Assembly: GCF_030684315.1 (NCBI RefSeq)
Contig: NC_081375.1
Coordinates: 13,987,581 to 14,051,580 of the forward strand
DNA: 64,000 nucleotides
Direction: 5' to 3'
Origin: Stegostoma tigrinum
Taxonomy: Eukaryota
The notes beneath the pieces were generated by a model. That model did no database searches and was not told where the DNA came from. It worked only from the letters and a program-made list of their open reading frames with translations. Position numbers and translations under genes: made by a program. Positions 37,977 to 48,262 of this stretch are shown here, one piece after another (within the stretch, counting starts at the first letter, position 1; every line of letters begins with the position of its first letter).

Positions 37977-39716
37977 CAAAATCCACAAACCTGCCTGCCC
38001 TGGTCGACCCATCGTCTCAGCCTGCTCCTGCCCCACCGAACTCATCTCCACCTATCTGGACTCCATTTTCTCCCCTTTGGTCCAGGAACTCCCCACCTAC
38101 GTCCGTGACACCACCCATGCCCTCCACCTCCTCCAGGACTTCCAATTCCCTGGCCCCCAACACCTCATATTCACCATGGACGTCCAGTCCCTGTACACCT
38201 GCATTCCGCATGGAGATGGCCTCAAGGCCCTCCGCTTCTTCCTGTCCCACAGGCCCGACCAGTCCCCCTCTACCGACACACTCATCCACCTAGCTGAACT
38301 CGTCCTCACACTCAACAACTTCTCTTTTGACTCCTCCCACTTCCTACAGACTAATGGGGTGGCCATGGGCACCCGCATGGGCCCCAGCTATGCCTGCCTC
38401 TTTGTAGGTTACGTGGAACAGTCCCTCTTCCGCACCTACACAGGCCCCAAACCCCACCTCTTCCTCCGGTACATTGATGACTGTATCGGCGCCGCCTCTT
38501 GCTCCCCAGAGGAGCTCGAACAGTTCATCCACTTCACCAACACCTTCCACCCCAACCTTCAGTTCACCTGGGCCATCTCCAGCACATCCCTTACCTTCCT
38601 GGACCTCTCAGTCTCCATCTCAGGCAACCAGCTTGTAACTGATGTCCATTTCAAGCCCACCGACTTCCACAGCTACCTAGAATATACCTCCTCCCACCCA
38701 CCCTCCTGCGAAAATTCCATCCCCTATTCCCAATTCCTCCGCCTCCGCCCCCACGATAAGACATTCCTCTCCCGCACATCCCAGATGTCCAAGTTCTTCA
38801 AGGACCGCAACTTTCCCCCCACAGTGATCGAGAACGCCCTTGACCGCGTCTCCCGTATTTCCCGCAACACATCCCTCACACCCCGCCCCCGCCACAACCG
38901 CCCTAAGAGGATCCCCCTCGTTCTCACACACCACCCTACCAACCTCCGGATACAACGCATCATCCTCGACACTACCGCCATTTACAATCCGACCCCACCA
39001 CCTAAGGCATTTTTCCATCCCCTCCCCTGTCTGTTTTCCGGAGAGACCACTCTCTCCGTGACTCCCTTGTTCGCTCCACACTGCCCTCCAACCCCACCAC
39101 ACCCGGCACCTTCCCCTGCAACCGCAGGAAATGCTACACTTGTCCCCACACCTCCTCCCTCACCCCCATCCCAGGCCCCAAGATGACATTCCACATCAAG
39201 CAGAGGTTCACCTGCACATTTGCCAATGTGGTATACTGCATCCACTGTACCCGGTGTGGCTTCCTCTACATTGGGGAAACCAAGCGGAGGCTTGGAGACC
39301 ACTTTGCAGAACACCTCCGCTCAGTTCGCAACAAACAACTGCACCTCCCAGTCGCAAACCATTTCCACTCCGCCTCCCATTCTCTAGATGACATGTCCAT
39401 CATGGGCCTCCTGCACTGCCACAATGATGCCACCCGAAGGTTGCAGGAACAGCAACTCATATTCCGCCTGGGAACCCTGCAGCCATATAGTATCAATGTG
39501 GACTTCACCAGTTTCAAAATCTCCCCTTCCCCTACTGCATCCCTAAACCAGCCTAGTTCGTCCCCTCCCCCCACTGCACCACACAACCAGCCCAGCTCTT
39601 CCCCCCCACCCACTGCATCCCAAAACCAGTCCAACCTGTCTCTGCCTCCCGAACCGGTTCTTCCTCTCACCCATCCCTTCCTCCCACACCAAGCCGCACC
39701 CCCAGCCACCTACTAA
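37976..39716 (+). pseudogene. Inverted second copy of PLE RT plus GIY-YIG (9-bp deletion, 1-bp frameshift, same TAA)
   Basis: ORFs 38077..39186 and 39183..39716 mirror the minus-arm protein. Confidence 0.9.
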
Positions 39717-39877
39717 CCTCATCCCACCTCCTTGACCTGTCCGTCTTCCCTATACTGACCTATCCCCTCCCTACCTCCCCACCTATACTCTCTCCACCTA
39801 TCTTCTTTACTCTCCATCTTCAGTCCGCCTCCCCCTCTCTCCCTATTTATTCCAGCTCCCTCTCCCCATCCCCCTCT

Positions 39878-39907
39878 CTGATGAAGGGTCTAGGCCCGAA
39901 ACGTCAG
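39878..39907 (+). ncRNA. Minimal hammerhead ribozyme motif
   Basis: ctgatgaagggtctaggcccgaaacgtcag. Confidence 0.75.
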
Positions 39908-40114
39908 CTTTTGTGCTCCTGAGATGCTGCTTGGCCTGCTGTGTTCATCCAGCCTCACATTTTATTATCTTGGAATTCTCCAGCATCTGCAGTTCCCATT
40001 ATCTCTGATACTTATTAAGTGAAGTCACTTTCATCATGTGGGAAACACGGCCGCTAACTTGCACACATTACAGTCCCACAAACAGCAACTAAATGAACAA
40101 GGTTATCTGTTTTA

Positions 40115-41594
40115 GACATAAACAAGAAATGCTGGAGAATGCCAAAAGCCTGACAAGACATGTGGAGAGGGAAACAGAGTGAATCTTTCAATTCTGGATT
40201 GACTATTCTTCAGAACTCTGAGTATGGATGAATTGTTTTATGAGGAAACCCTGAGGAGGGTGACCCTTTACCTATCAATATTTAGAAGAATATGACTGAA
40301 CATTACTAAAACATACAAGTGCCTAGGAGTTTGACAGAGTCGATAAGAAAGTGGTTTCCCTTACGGGAGGGTCCAAGGCTAGAAGGCATAATCACAGAAT
40401 AACGGGTTGCAGACCTAAGGCAGGGATAATGAGGAGGAATTATTTACCACAAACGGCTACTGAGGCTAAGTCATTAAGCATACTTAAAAGCTGAAAGACA
40501 GATTTTTAATCATTAAGGGTATCAAGGTGTCTGGGGGGCCAAAAAGGCATGAAAGTGGAGTAAAGGGTCATCAGATCAGTCATGTTCTTACTGAATGTCA
40601 GAACAGACTCGATGAGCTGACTGGCCTATATTTACTTCAATGTCTTACAGTCAAATGGAAGAGTTGTCATACTGGACTCAAAATATAACTGTTTCTAGTG
40701 AGTTTTGAGAAGATTTGTAGCTCAGGTTGAGGTTCTGGATGTGAGTTTGCTCGCTGAGCTGGAAGGTTCGTTTTCAGACATTTCGTCACCATTCTAGGTA
40801 ACATCATCGGTGAGCCTCCGATGAAGCGCTGGTGTTATGTCCCACTTTCTTATTTATCTGTTTAGGTTTCCTTGGGTTGGTGATGTCATTTCCTGTGTTG
40901 GTGTCATTTCCTGTTCTTTTTCTCAGAGGGTGGTAGATGGGCTCCAAATCAATGTGTTTGTTGATGGAGTTCCGGTTGGAATGCCATGCCTCTAGGAATT
41001 CTCGTGCATGTCTCTGTTTGGCTTGTCCTAGGATGGATGTGTTGTCCCAATTAAAGTGGTGTCCTTCCTCATCTATATGTAAGGATACGAGTGATAGTGG
41101 GTCATGTCGTTTTGTGGCTAGTTGATGTTCATGTATCCTGGTGGCTAGCTTTCTGCCAGTTTGTCCAATGTAGTGTTTGTCACAGTTCTTGCAAGGTATT
41201 TTGTAAATTACGTTTGTTTTGCTTGTTGTCTGTATAGGGTCTTTTAAGTTCATTAGCTGCTGTTTTAGTGTGTTGGTGGGTTTGTGGGCTACCCTGATGC
41301 CAAGAGGTCCGAGTAGTCTGGCAGTCATTTCGGAAATGTCTTTGATGTAGGGGAGTGTGGTTATGGTTTCTGGGTCCTTTTTGTCTGTTTGTTTGGGTTT
41401 GTTGCTGAGGAATCGGCAGACAGATGATGTTACCTAGAATGGTGACCAAACGTCTGAAAACGAACCTTCCAGCTCAGCGAGCAAACTTATATCCATAACT
41501 GTTTTTCCCTTCACAAATGCTGCCACACCCCCTGATTTTTCCAATACTTTCTATGCTTGTTTCAGATTTCCAGAATCTGCAGTATTTTGCTTTC
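40115..41594. mobile_element. Old fold-back PLE-derived element (arms ~40120-40218 and 40657-40694 plus 41495-41594) containing a CR1 3' fragment (~40270-40650) and a younger PLE
   Basis: Arms gaaatgctggag...ttcttcagaact and gaagagttgtcatactggactc...cacaaatgctgcc...cagatttccagaatctgcagtattttgc; TSD atctgtttta at 40105-40114 and 41595-41604. Confidence 0.7.
40697..41494 (-). mobile_element. Second-family Penelope-like element 3' fragment (GIY-YIG) with an inverted terminal arm
   Basis: ORF 40804..41328 NVIYKIPCKNCDKHYIGQTGRKLATRIHEH..REFLEAWHS; inverted arms 40737-40808 and 41423-41494; TSD ataactgttt at 40685-40694 and 41495-41504. Confidence 0.92.
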
Positions 41595-41998
41595 ATCTGT
41601 TTTAAATTCTGGCTGAGGAATAAATGTTGACCAGAACAGCAGAAGAACTCTCCTGCCCTCCTTTCAACAATACTGTAGGATTTTCTTTTCTCACCATCCT
41701 CAGAGGGCAGGCATCATTTAACAACTTTCGTAAATTTCAGCATCTTGGACAGTACAAAATGGAGTGTCAGCTTAATTTTGCTCCCAATGTTTTCCAAGTT
41801 CCACAACCTCTAACTCAGGGGCCATGAGTACTACTACTGAGCCATGGCTGACAAGTATTTATAGTTAAAGTTTAGGTTTTAGTTATTCCTTATTGTGTTA
41901 ATCAGAACATACAATGGCACTACAGGTTGCACTACAAAATGCCTACTACAAAAATGAACGGTAAACAAAAGCTTCTGGAAAAAAATTGATCAACTCAC

Positions 41999-42074
41999 CC
42001 GAAAAGCTGTTCCCTCTTCAATGATGGTAGGAAGCTGTGAAAGGCAAATATCCACTGCAAGGTCCCAAGCTTGC
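41999..42074 (-). CDS. RPTOR: RPTOR coding exon (~exon 10, 76 nt): (W)QAWDLAVDICLSQLPTIIEEGTAFR
   Basis: Manual translation; tttgcag| acceptor and |gtgagt donor; restores phase 0. Confidence 0.97.
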
Positions 42075-42239
42075 CTGCAAAGTGATGCACAGATTCACTG
42101 TGTTGATTCGATCTATGTATTGATGTTTATTTTGTTGCCAGCAACACTATTGACACAGCAATTTCCATTCCAGCATCTATTTTTAACATTTCTGAAACTG
42201 TTCTAGATTCACATATGCAATGCAGTCACTTAAAAGGGT

Positions 42240-42720
42240 TGCACGTTCAATAGCGTTCCTCCCGTCGGCCCTTCTTCACCTTTTTATCACCAAAAATCTG
42301 TCATCTGACACTACAAAAGATTCAAGCTTAAATTTTTTCAAAACCATCAACCCTTCACCAAAGCCCATCCACTAACTTGTCTCAACACCTCTGCATTTAT
42401 GACAGGTAACTTCCTTTCCCTCTCTCAAGACTTCAACAAACTACCACCTCTTATATCCAAGCCCAAGAACATAAGAGAAACAAAGGGCTGCAAGATCTCT
42501 TGAGCCGTGCAATATAAACAGTTGACTTTTGACTGCATATCACTGGAGTCCCTTAACGTCCAAATATCTGTGCTTAAATCCCTTCTCATCAAGTATTTTT
42601 TCTTACCCAACTAGTTTTGGACAAGCTGCCATTTCCTCTAATTGAGCATTGGGATGACCAAAGGTATTGTCTTCACCACCCACCCCTACAAACCTCTTAC
42701 CACTGGGTTGAATCAAACTA
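42240..42720 (+). mobile_element. Decayed L2-like RT fragment
   Basis: Pyrimidine-rich; ctggagtcccttaacgtccaaatatctgtg (GVPQGS-like remnant). Confidence 0.35.
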
Positions 42721-43364
42721 CTGGCAATCTCAGTACCTACTGAACCTGGATATAAAACATTAAGATCTAAAATACACTGTTATTTTCAAACAAAAAAAGG
42801 ATATTGAGGCTGCAGAGAAGTTACACGACAGATTCACCAGGATGTAGCCCTGTATAGCCAAGATTGTCCAGAAACCTACTATTCACTTCTTTGGTTCAGT
42901 ATCTATTTTTGCCTGATTACGAAGTTATAAGGGACTGTATTTCATATTAAAAACAATACATAAATGGGAGGTGCTTAATTTTCACATAGAACAGAAATTG
43001 TCAAAATTACAGGTTATAAGTAGTGGTAATTTACCCGACAAGTCACTTAGCAGAGTAAAAGCAACTTACCAACTAACAGGGCAATGAAGTTGCTGCTAAT
43101 GACAAACATGTCACAGTTACACACACTAACGTACAGTCATGTCGTTCATAAACACTGTCTCCCTTTCTTTATGGGCAAATGCTTCCATAAAGTTATTCAG
43201 CTCTGGCATCATCGCCAAATGTAATCTCCAGTTCATCTGATATCAACCATACTTCCAGTAATAATTACTAAATAACACTCAGCAGGAAACCTGGTTGACT
43301 TTCCTCTGTCTGACCAAAGGCACAGAAATTTTCCCCGGCTTAGCTTGGTTAACTAGCACAAAGT

Positions 43365-43575
43365 TGTCCACAAGCACTAGTCCAAAAATGTGCAGATTAG
43401 CTGGATTAGCTACGGTAAATTGCCCCATAGTGTCCAGTGACGTGCAGGCAAGGTAAAAGTGGGGTTACCAGAATAAGGTGAGAAGCTGGGTTTGGGTGAG
43501 ATGCACTTCGGAGGATTAGTACAGGCTTGATGGGCCAAATTGCTCTTCCCCCATTGTGAGATTCTATGATTCAAT
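43365..43575 (+). mobile_element. 3' half of an HE1-like SINE
   Basis: gtccaaaaatgtgcagattagctggattagctacggtaaattgcccc...gatgggccaaat...attctatgattc resembles the reverse complement of 3660-3830. Confidence 0.65.
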
Positions 43576-44589
43576 GAAGGTAGGACCATAAGCTTGGCAT
43601 CTTTGACTGGTTTGGTTTATTCATCTTGGTCGCTGGAGAGCTGGGCTTCCATTTTGGTGGCTGTAATAGGATTTAATGGAACTTATGTAGAAAAATGAAA
43701 TACACAGTGCCAATTCAAATGAGGAGGGAAATTGAAAAGATCACAGCATTTCCCACATAAATATCATATGCAGATACGATATCTCAATTAAAATTAGAAT
43801 TCAGTAAAGCTTTTCCTAAGCCTTTAAAATACCATTTTTCTCTCCAAGTGACATTTTGAATGCCTTGTTTACATAAACCGAGGAAAACTCCAGTTAAAGC
43901 AAATCCATTATTAAGACATCAAGCCAGCCAATAAATTTTGAAGTGTGTTCCATACAGAATAGTTTGCCTCACTATTTACTACAACTGTAAAGAGAATTTA
44001 ACACCACAGGACAAATACACATGTAAATCCTGAAGATTCACCAAACCAAAGATTTGTCAAAGTGCATGATTGTTTGCTGACACTGCAGGCATCAAATTGC
44101 AGTTACTTCAAACTGCTCATGCGTGTCTAGAATAACAATAGAGGATGCCATGTGACACTGAACAAGAAAAGATAATTTGAGATTTGCGTCACATATCCAT
44201 CTGGCCTTTTCTATTAAGTTGTTCAAATGCAAGCAAATGAAATACAAAGACAAGAAGCCTCCAACTTGAAAGGACCACCTACAATTCTGTGGAAATTTCA
44301 ATACCAATTCTTAGGAGCAGATAACTGGATTTTGAGGGGATTAGAAAACCATGGCGTAGAATTAAATTTTCATTCTGTATATGATCCTCAGAGAAGATGT
44401 ATACAGTTGTCCACACGTTCATTTTTGGAATTAAGGCACATCACAATTTTATTCAGCATGATCAGTTTCAGGAGTTGTACACTTGGGATTTGTTAAATAC
44501 ATCCCAAGTATCACATAACCAGCCAAAAGTTTCTAACTAAATATGGTTTTTTAAAATCTTTTAAAACTCAGATTTGTGCCTTTAGTTAC

Positions 44590-45240
44590 ACCTGAAGTGT
44601 AACGACCAGAACATGTACTGACCATTCAGCCTATCACCTCTGTGCCAAATCTTCGTTAAAGGAATCCAAAACTATGGTTATTGTCCTAATGTCTCCCCAA
44701 AACCCTGCTTTCTCCTCTGCTTCAAATATTCAAGTATTTATGCCTCAAAAATAGCCATAATTTCTACTTCAATTATTTATTATGACAAAGTATTTTTGCT
44801 TAAATGCACTGGGCAAAAATGTTATTGCCTTGCCTCAGGTTAACTTAATTCACCAATGCTGTCATTATTGATTCTCCAATTGCAAAAATATCATTCTCTG
44901 TTTGCTCCAACAGAGCCATTCATAAATTGTAAACAACTTTCATTAAATGTCCTTTTAGCCTTTACTACTTCAAAGAAAAAATTTAAGCTACTGTTTACAA
45001 TGACAGTTTTTCATTCCTGCTGTATGGCCTTAACGTCCTTTATATAACGAAGGGCCCAAGCACACTTACTGCGCTGGAAGTCTTAAACACTCCCTTTTTC
45101 CAAGATTATCATAATCTTATTACCACTGCACTCTGCAAATCAAATTCAAAATGTAAAGTATTTCCAGCTTTTTCCATGACTTCATCTGCCTGCATTCATA
45201 TTTTCAAAGTATTAGGTTGTCTAGGTTCCCTGCTATCTCC
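44590..45240 (-). mobile_element. Very old CR1 3' fragment
   Basis: gaccattcagcc terminus followed by decayed RT C-terminal sequence. Confidence 0.4.
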
Positions 45241-45262
45241 TCTAGGTATCACACATTGAGTT

Positions 45263-45484
45263 ATAGATGTTGATGGGTTCGCCAAGCTGGGAGGTTTGAT
45301 ATCAGATGAAACGTCTGCTTACTCGGTGACATCCTCAGTGCTGTAGTGTCTCCTCTGGATACTTCACAAGGGCCCTACAGCGCTCGTAAGGGGACGAAAC
45401 GTCTGCTATCAAACCTCCCAGCTTGGCGAACACACCAACATCTACAACCAGCATCCGAGCTACAAAATCTTCACTCAAATCTTG
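45263..45484. mobile_element. Short fold-back PLE-derived insertion (related to the 40.7-kb family)
   Basis: Arms tagatgttgatgggttcgccaagctgggaggtttgata / tatcaaacctcccagcttggcgaacacaccaacatcta; gacgaaacgtc core; tail on the right; TSD atcacacattgag (45248-45260) / atcatacattgag (45485-45497). Confidence 0.85.
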
Positions 45485-47126
45485 ATCATACATTGAGGTG
45501 GTCACAAGGCTTGTGTGATTTTATGAATCTAAGAGCTACATGGACAGGAGCATAACTCCTGGCAGAACCATAAAATACAGACAAGTGGAAAGGTATATGG
45601 GTCACCAAAGGCTGCCCACTGGCTCTCCTGGTGGAAGGTTGCAATTCAGGCCTGTGGCCTTTTCACATACAAAGTACCTTTCATTAGTGTCAATACAGAG
45701 ATAAAAATCAATCACTAACAGCTCAGGAGGTAAGGATGTCAAAGATCTACATATATAAACACTGCCTGCGCAAAACTACAAACTCCTGGATGCAATTCAC
45801 CATAATGCTTTGATACAATCTGACTTGTTCTGGATAGACAACAGCAGAATAAGCAGTTTGTCTCATATACCACTACGCACAGTAGGTTCTGACAAAAACC
45901 TATATTATATGCATCTTTCAATTGAGATCTCTCTCTTGTTCTTCTTCCACAAACATATTACTTTACAAAAATTTGGACTAAATATATTTACAACTTCTCC
46001 TGTTTCAGTCCTCTTTTCAGCTTGTTAAGAGCCCTATAGAGATGTGATAGATTTGATGAAATCATGCATTACGTTAGACAGAAAACTGGCCACCAGCCGG
46101 GAGACCTGAATTTTAATCTGTTTTATATAGATGAATTTCAGGTCTTCTTTCTGTTTCCTGCAAATATATGCTTGCCTAGTGTCAATCTAGTTTATACTGG
46201 ACATCTGCTTTGTTTACATGCATTTTTATGACATCTTTAACACAGAAAAATATCTCAAGGCACTTCAAAGACAATCAGAGCTAGGCTGCAGAAGTAGTGC
46301 TTTCTGAAGCTGGAGAGTATGTATAGTCAGCGATGACAAGTGAAGCTCCACTTGCCACATGAGAGAGTCACTACGGGTCAGCAAGATGAACGGAACAGAA
46401 TATTATTGTCATGTGTACTTTTACATGATACAAAAAAGTTTTCTAAGTTGTCCAACCATAGCACCGATATTAATGACTGAAGTCATACATAATTTTAAAA
46501 AAGTAAAATTAAGACAAAGTTCACCACAGTTCAGTTGATGACTCCTGGACATGGGAAAAGCCAATTAAGGAACAATGGGGTACCCAAAAGCCACAGCTGG
46601 ACAAGATCACTGCTCTAGGACACTGGAATTGACTTGTGGAAAGTGATCATGGAATACTGTCAAGGCGGCCAATGATTATAGCCAAAGACTGAAAAGGCAT
46701 GGATTCAGCAATAATTGAAACCAGGAGAAAGACAGAGGATAACAACATTTTGCGTTGGAAGGAAGTATTCTTGATGATGGAGAGGATGTTGAGTTTGAAG
46801 CTCAGTTCTGCGTTCAGCAGAATGACGAGGCTGCAGATAGCTAGAGACAGCATACAAGATTACCTGTCAAGAGTTAAACCACCTAATTGAAACATTTTAC
46901 AATTCATTTCCCACCCCAGTTAGGCAGTTCATCAGGCACTTGCTTCTCCAACTTTGACATAGTCTCAGGCCTGTTGCTGAAATTCTCCACAAAAACAGGA
47001 GAGATTCCTTAAACTACCTCCTGGCCATAAGCATGCAATTAGAAGGTGAGAATGACAATAAATGGACGTTCTCAATGAAATTTGGAGTATGACACTTGTG
47101 AAGCTGACAGATTTACTCACTATGAA

Positions 47127-47156
47127 ACATATGATCACATATGATCACATATGATC
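47127..47156 (+). repeat. (acatatgatc)x3 tandem repeat
   Basis: Directly visible. Confidence 0.9.
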
Positions 47157-47303
47157 TTCAGCTACATTGTGTGTTTTTTTTGTTAACAACTTGCACGTTC
47201 AACCTTTTCAGGTCTACAAGAGTGTGGTTCACTTTCAAATTAGCCAACAACATTGGGCTGAAATGTTAACATTCGGACTTCAGAAGAGTCACAGCTTACT
47301 CAC

Positions 47304-47448
47304 CACATAGCATGCATGTATGTTGGGGGCAGCCGAGGACTACTGACAGGGGTACAGTTATATGACCTCATGATCCTTTCAGCCAAGAGAAAGTTCCGGA
47401 ATAAACTGGCAACCAACAAGTCTTGCCTAAATAATTTTTGGAAGAGAT
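47304..47448 (-). CDS. RPTOR: RPTOR coding exon (~exon 9, 145 nt): [48 protein letters not shown](W)
   Basis: Manual minus-strand translation; ttctacag| acceptor and |gtgagt donor; continues the frame of the previous exon. Confidence 0.97.
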
Positions 47449-48161
47449 CTGTAGAAACAAAGTCATAATTATACTGATGTTAACATGGAATAAATTTACA
47501 TAAATGTTCGGACTAGCAAGATGATTTTTATCTGTGGTAAAACATTAAAAAATAAATTGTACAAAGATCCATGAGAACACTTAAAAACCAAAGGCTGAAC
47601 AAGTGTACAGGGAAAACATTTCCTCAGTTTTGCCACTAACTTTTTCAAGCATCTAAAAATAGTTATTAAACTATTTAAATAACAGGAGTGAAAGCAGTAA
47701 ACTGACTTTTTGCTAGCTAATTGTACAACTTGAATACCATAGTTTACAATTTCATTTACTGAGAAATACCAAGCTGATGATGCCTAGAGTAATGAAAATA
47801 CTGACGCCAAGAAGATTGTGTCTATTAGTCAGCTCACTGTTTGTGAAGTTCAACTCTAAGGTCATATATGATTGAAGGGGAACTGAAAATAACTCGCATC
47901 TCGCAAAACTGCCATAATGGATATCAGCATTAACAAGACAACAGCCACAGTCCTCACTCGAGCAAATGCTGCATGGATATCAGTCAACATCTAATTCATG
48001 CTTGCCCACTGCGAGATGGAATGAACCTTATGAGCAGTAACTACAATTGAGGAATAAACATGCCAACTCCTAACAAATCACTTCATACAGAAGCAGCATT
48101 GGCAATGAACTGGAAGCAGCTGACTTAGCTAGCCCACCGAAGATTATAGTAGATTTCTTAC

Positions 48162-48262
48162 CTCTTGGTAATACATTCCAAGCTATGGTGTCCGTTATGG
48201 CTGTAAAAATCCAATTGAGTTCTCCAAGGGGAGTTCGCCTGTCATTAAGTCTTCCTGGAATT
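48162..48262 (-). CDS. RPTOR: RPTOR coding exon (~exon 8, 101 nt): (K)[33 protein letters not shown](D)
   Basis: Translation matches vertebrate Raptor RNC-domain sequence as recalled; acceptor ttttcttttt caatatag, donor G|gtaag; phase fits the next exon. Confidence 0.97.

Larger units (their letters stand above)
35112..40009. mobile_element. 4.9-kb fold-back Penelope-like element: minus arm 35112-37976, plus arm 37976-40009
   Basis: PLE RT (KPADKGGAVVV, LPKIHKP..GRPIVS, GVAMGTRMGPSYA, LRYIDD) and GIY-YIG (VYCIHC..YIGETKRRL) in both arms; TSD atacttattaagtga at 35099-35113 and 40008-40022. Confidence 0.96.
35085..41852 (-). mobile_element. One DeuSINE split into three pieces (35085-35113, 40008-40114, 41595-41852) by nested insertions
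   Basis: Pieces join colinearly: tttacagccaaagaaatacttattaagtga|agtcac...cccacaaacagcaa...atctgtttta|...gaggaataaatgttgacc...ggagtgtcagc...actgagccatggctgaca. Confidence 0.7.

Noticed and set aside
35359-39709. Many overlapping Gly/Pro/Arg-rich ORFs
   Set aside because: Alternate-frame and antisense shadows of the GC-skewed PLE coding sequence.
35112-40009. DNA transposon or MITE with terminal inverted repeats
   Set aside because: The arms encode PLE RT and GIY-YIG, are asymmetric (tail on one side) and the TSD length varies between copies, which fits retrotransposition rather than cut-and-paste.
43069-43196. Possible cassette or poison exon in RPTOR intron 9 (ag|ATGAACTGG...TTG|gtaagt)
   Set aside because: Good donor but no polypyrimidine tract at the acceptor, no Raptor similarity, and exons 9 and 10 already join in frame; unsupported without RNA data.
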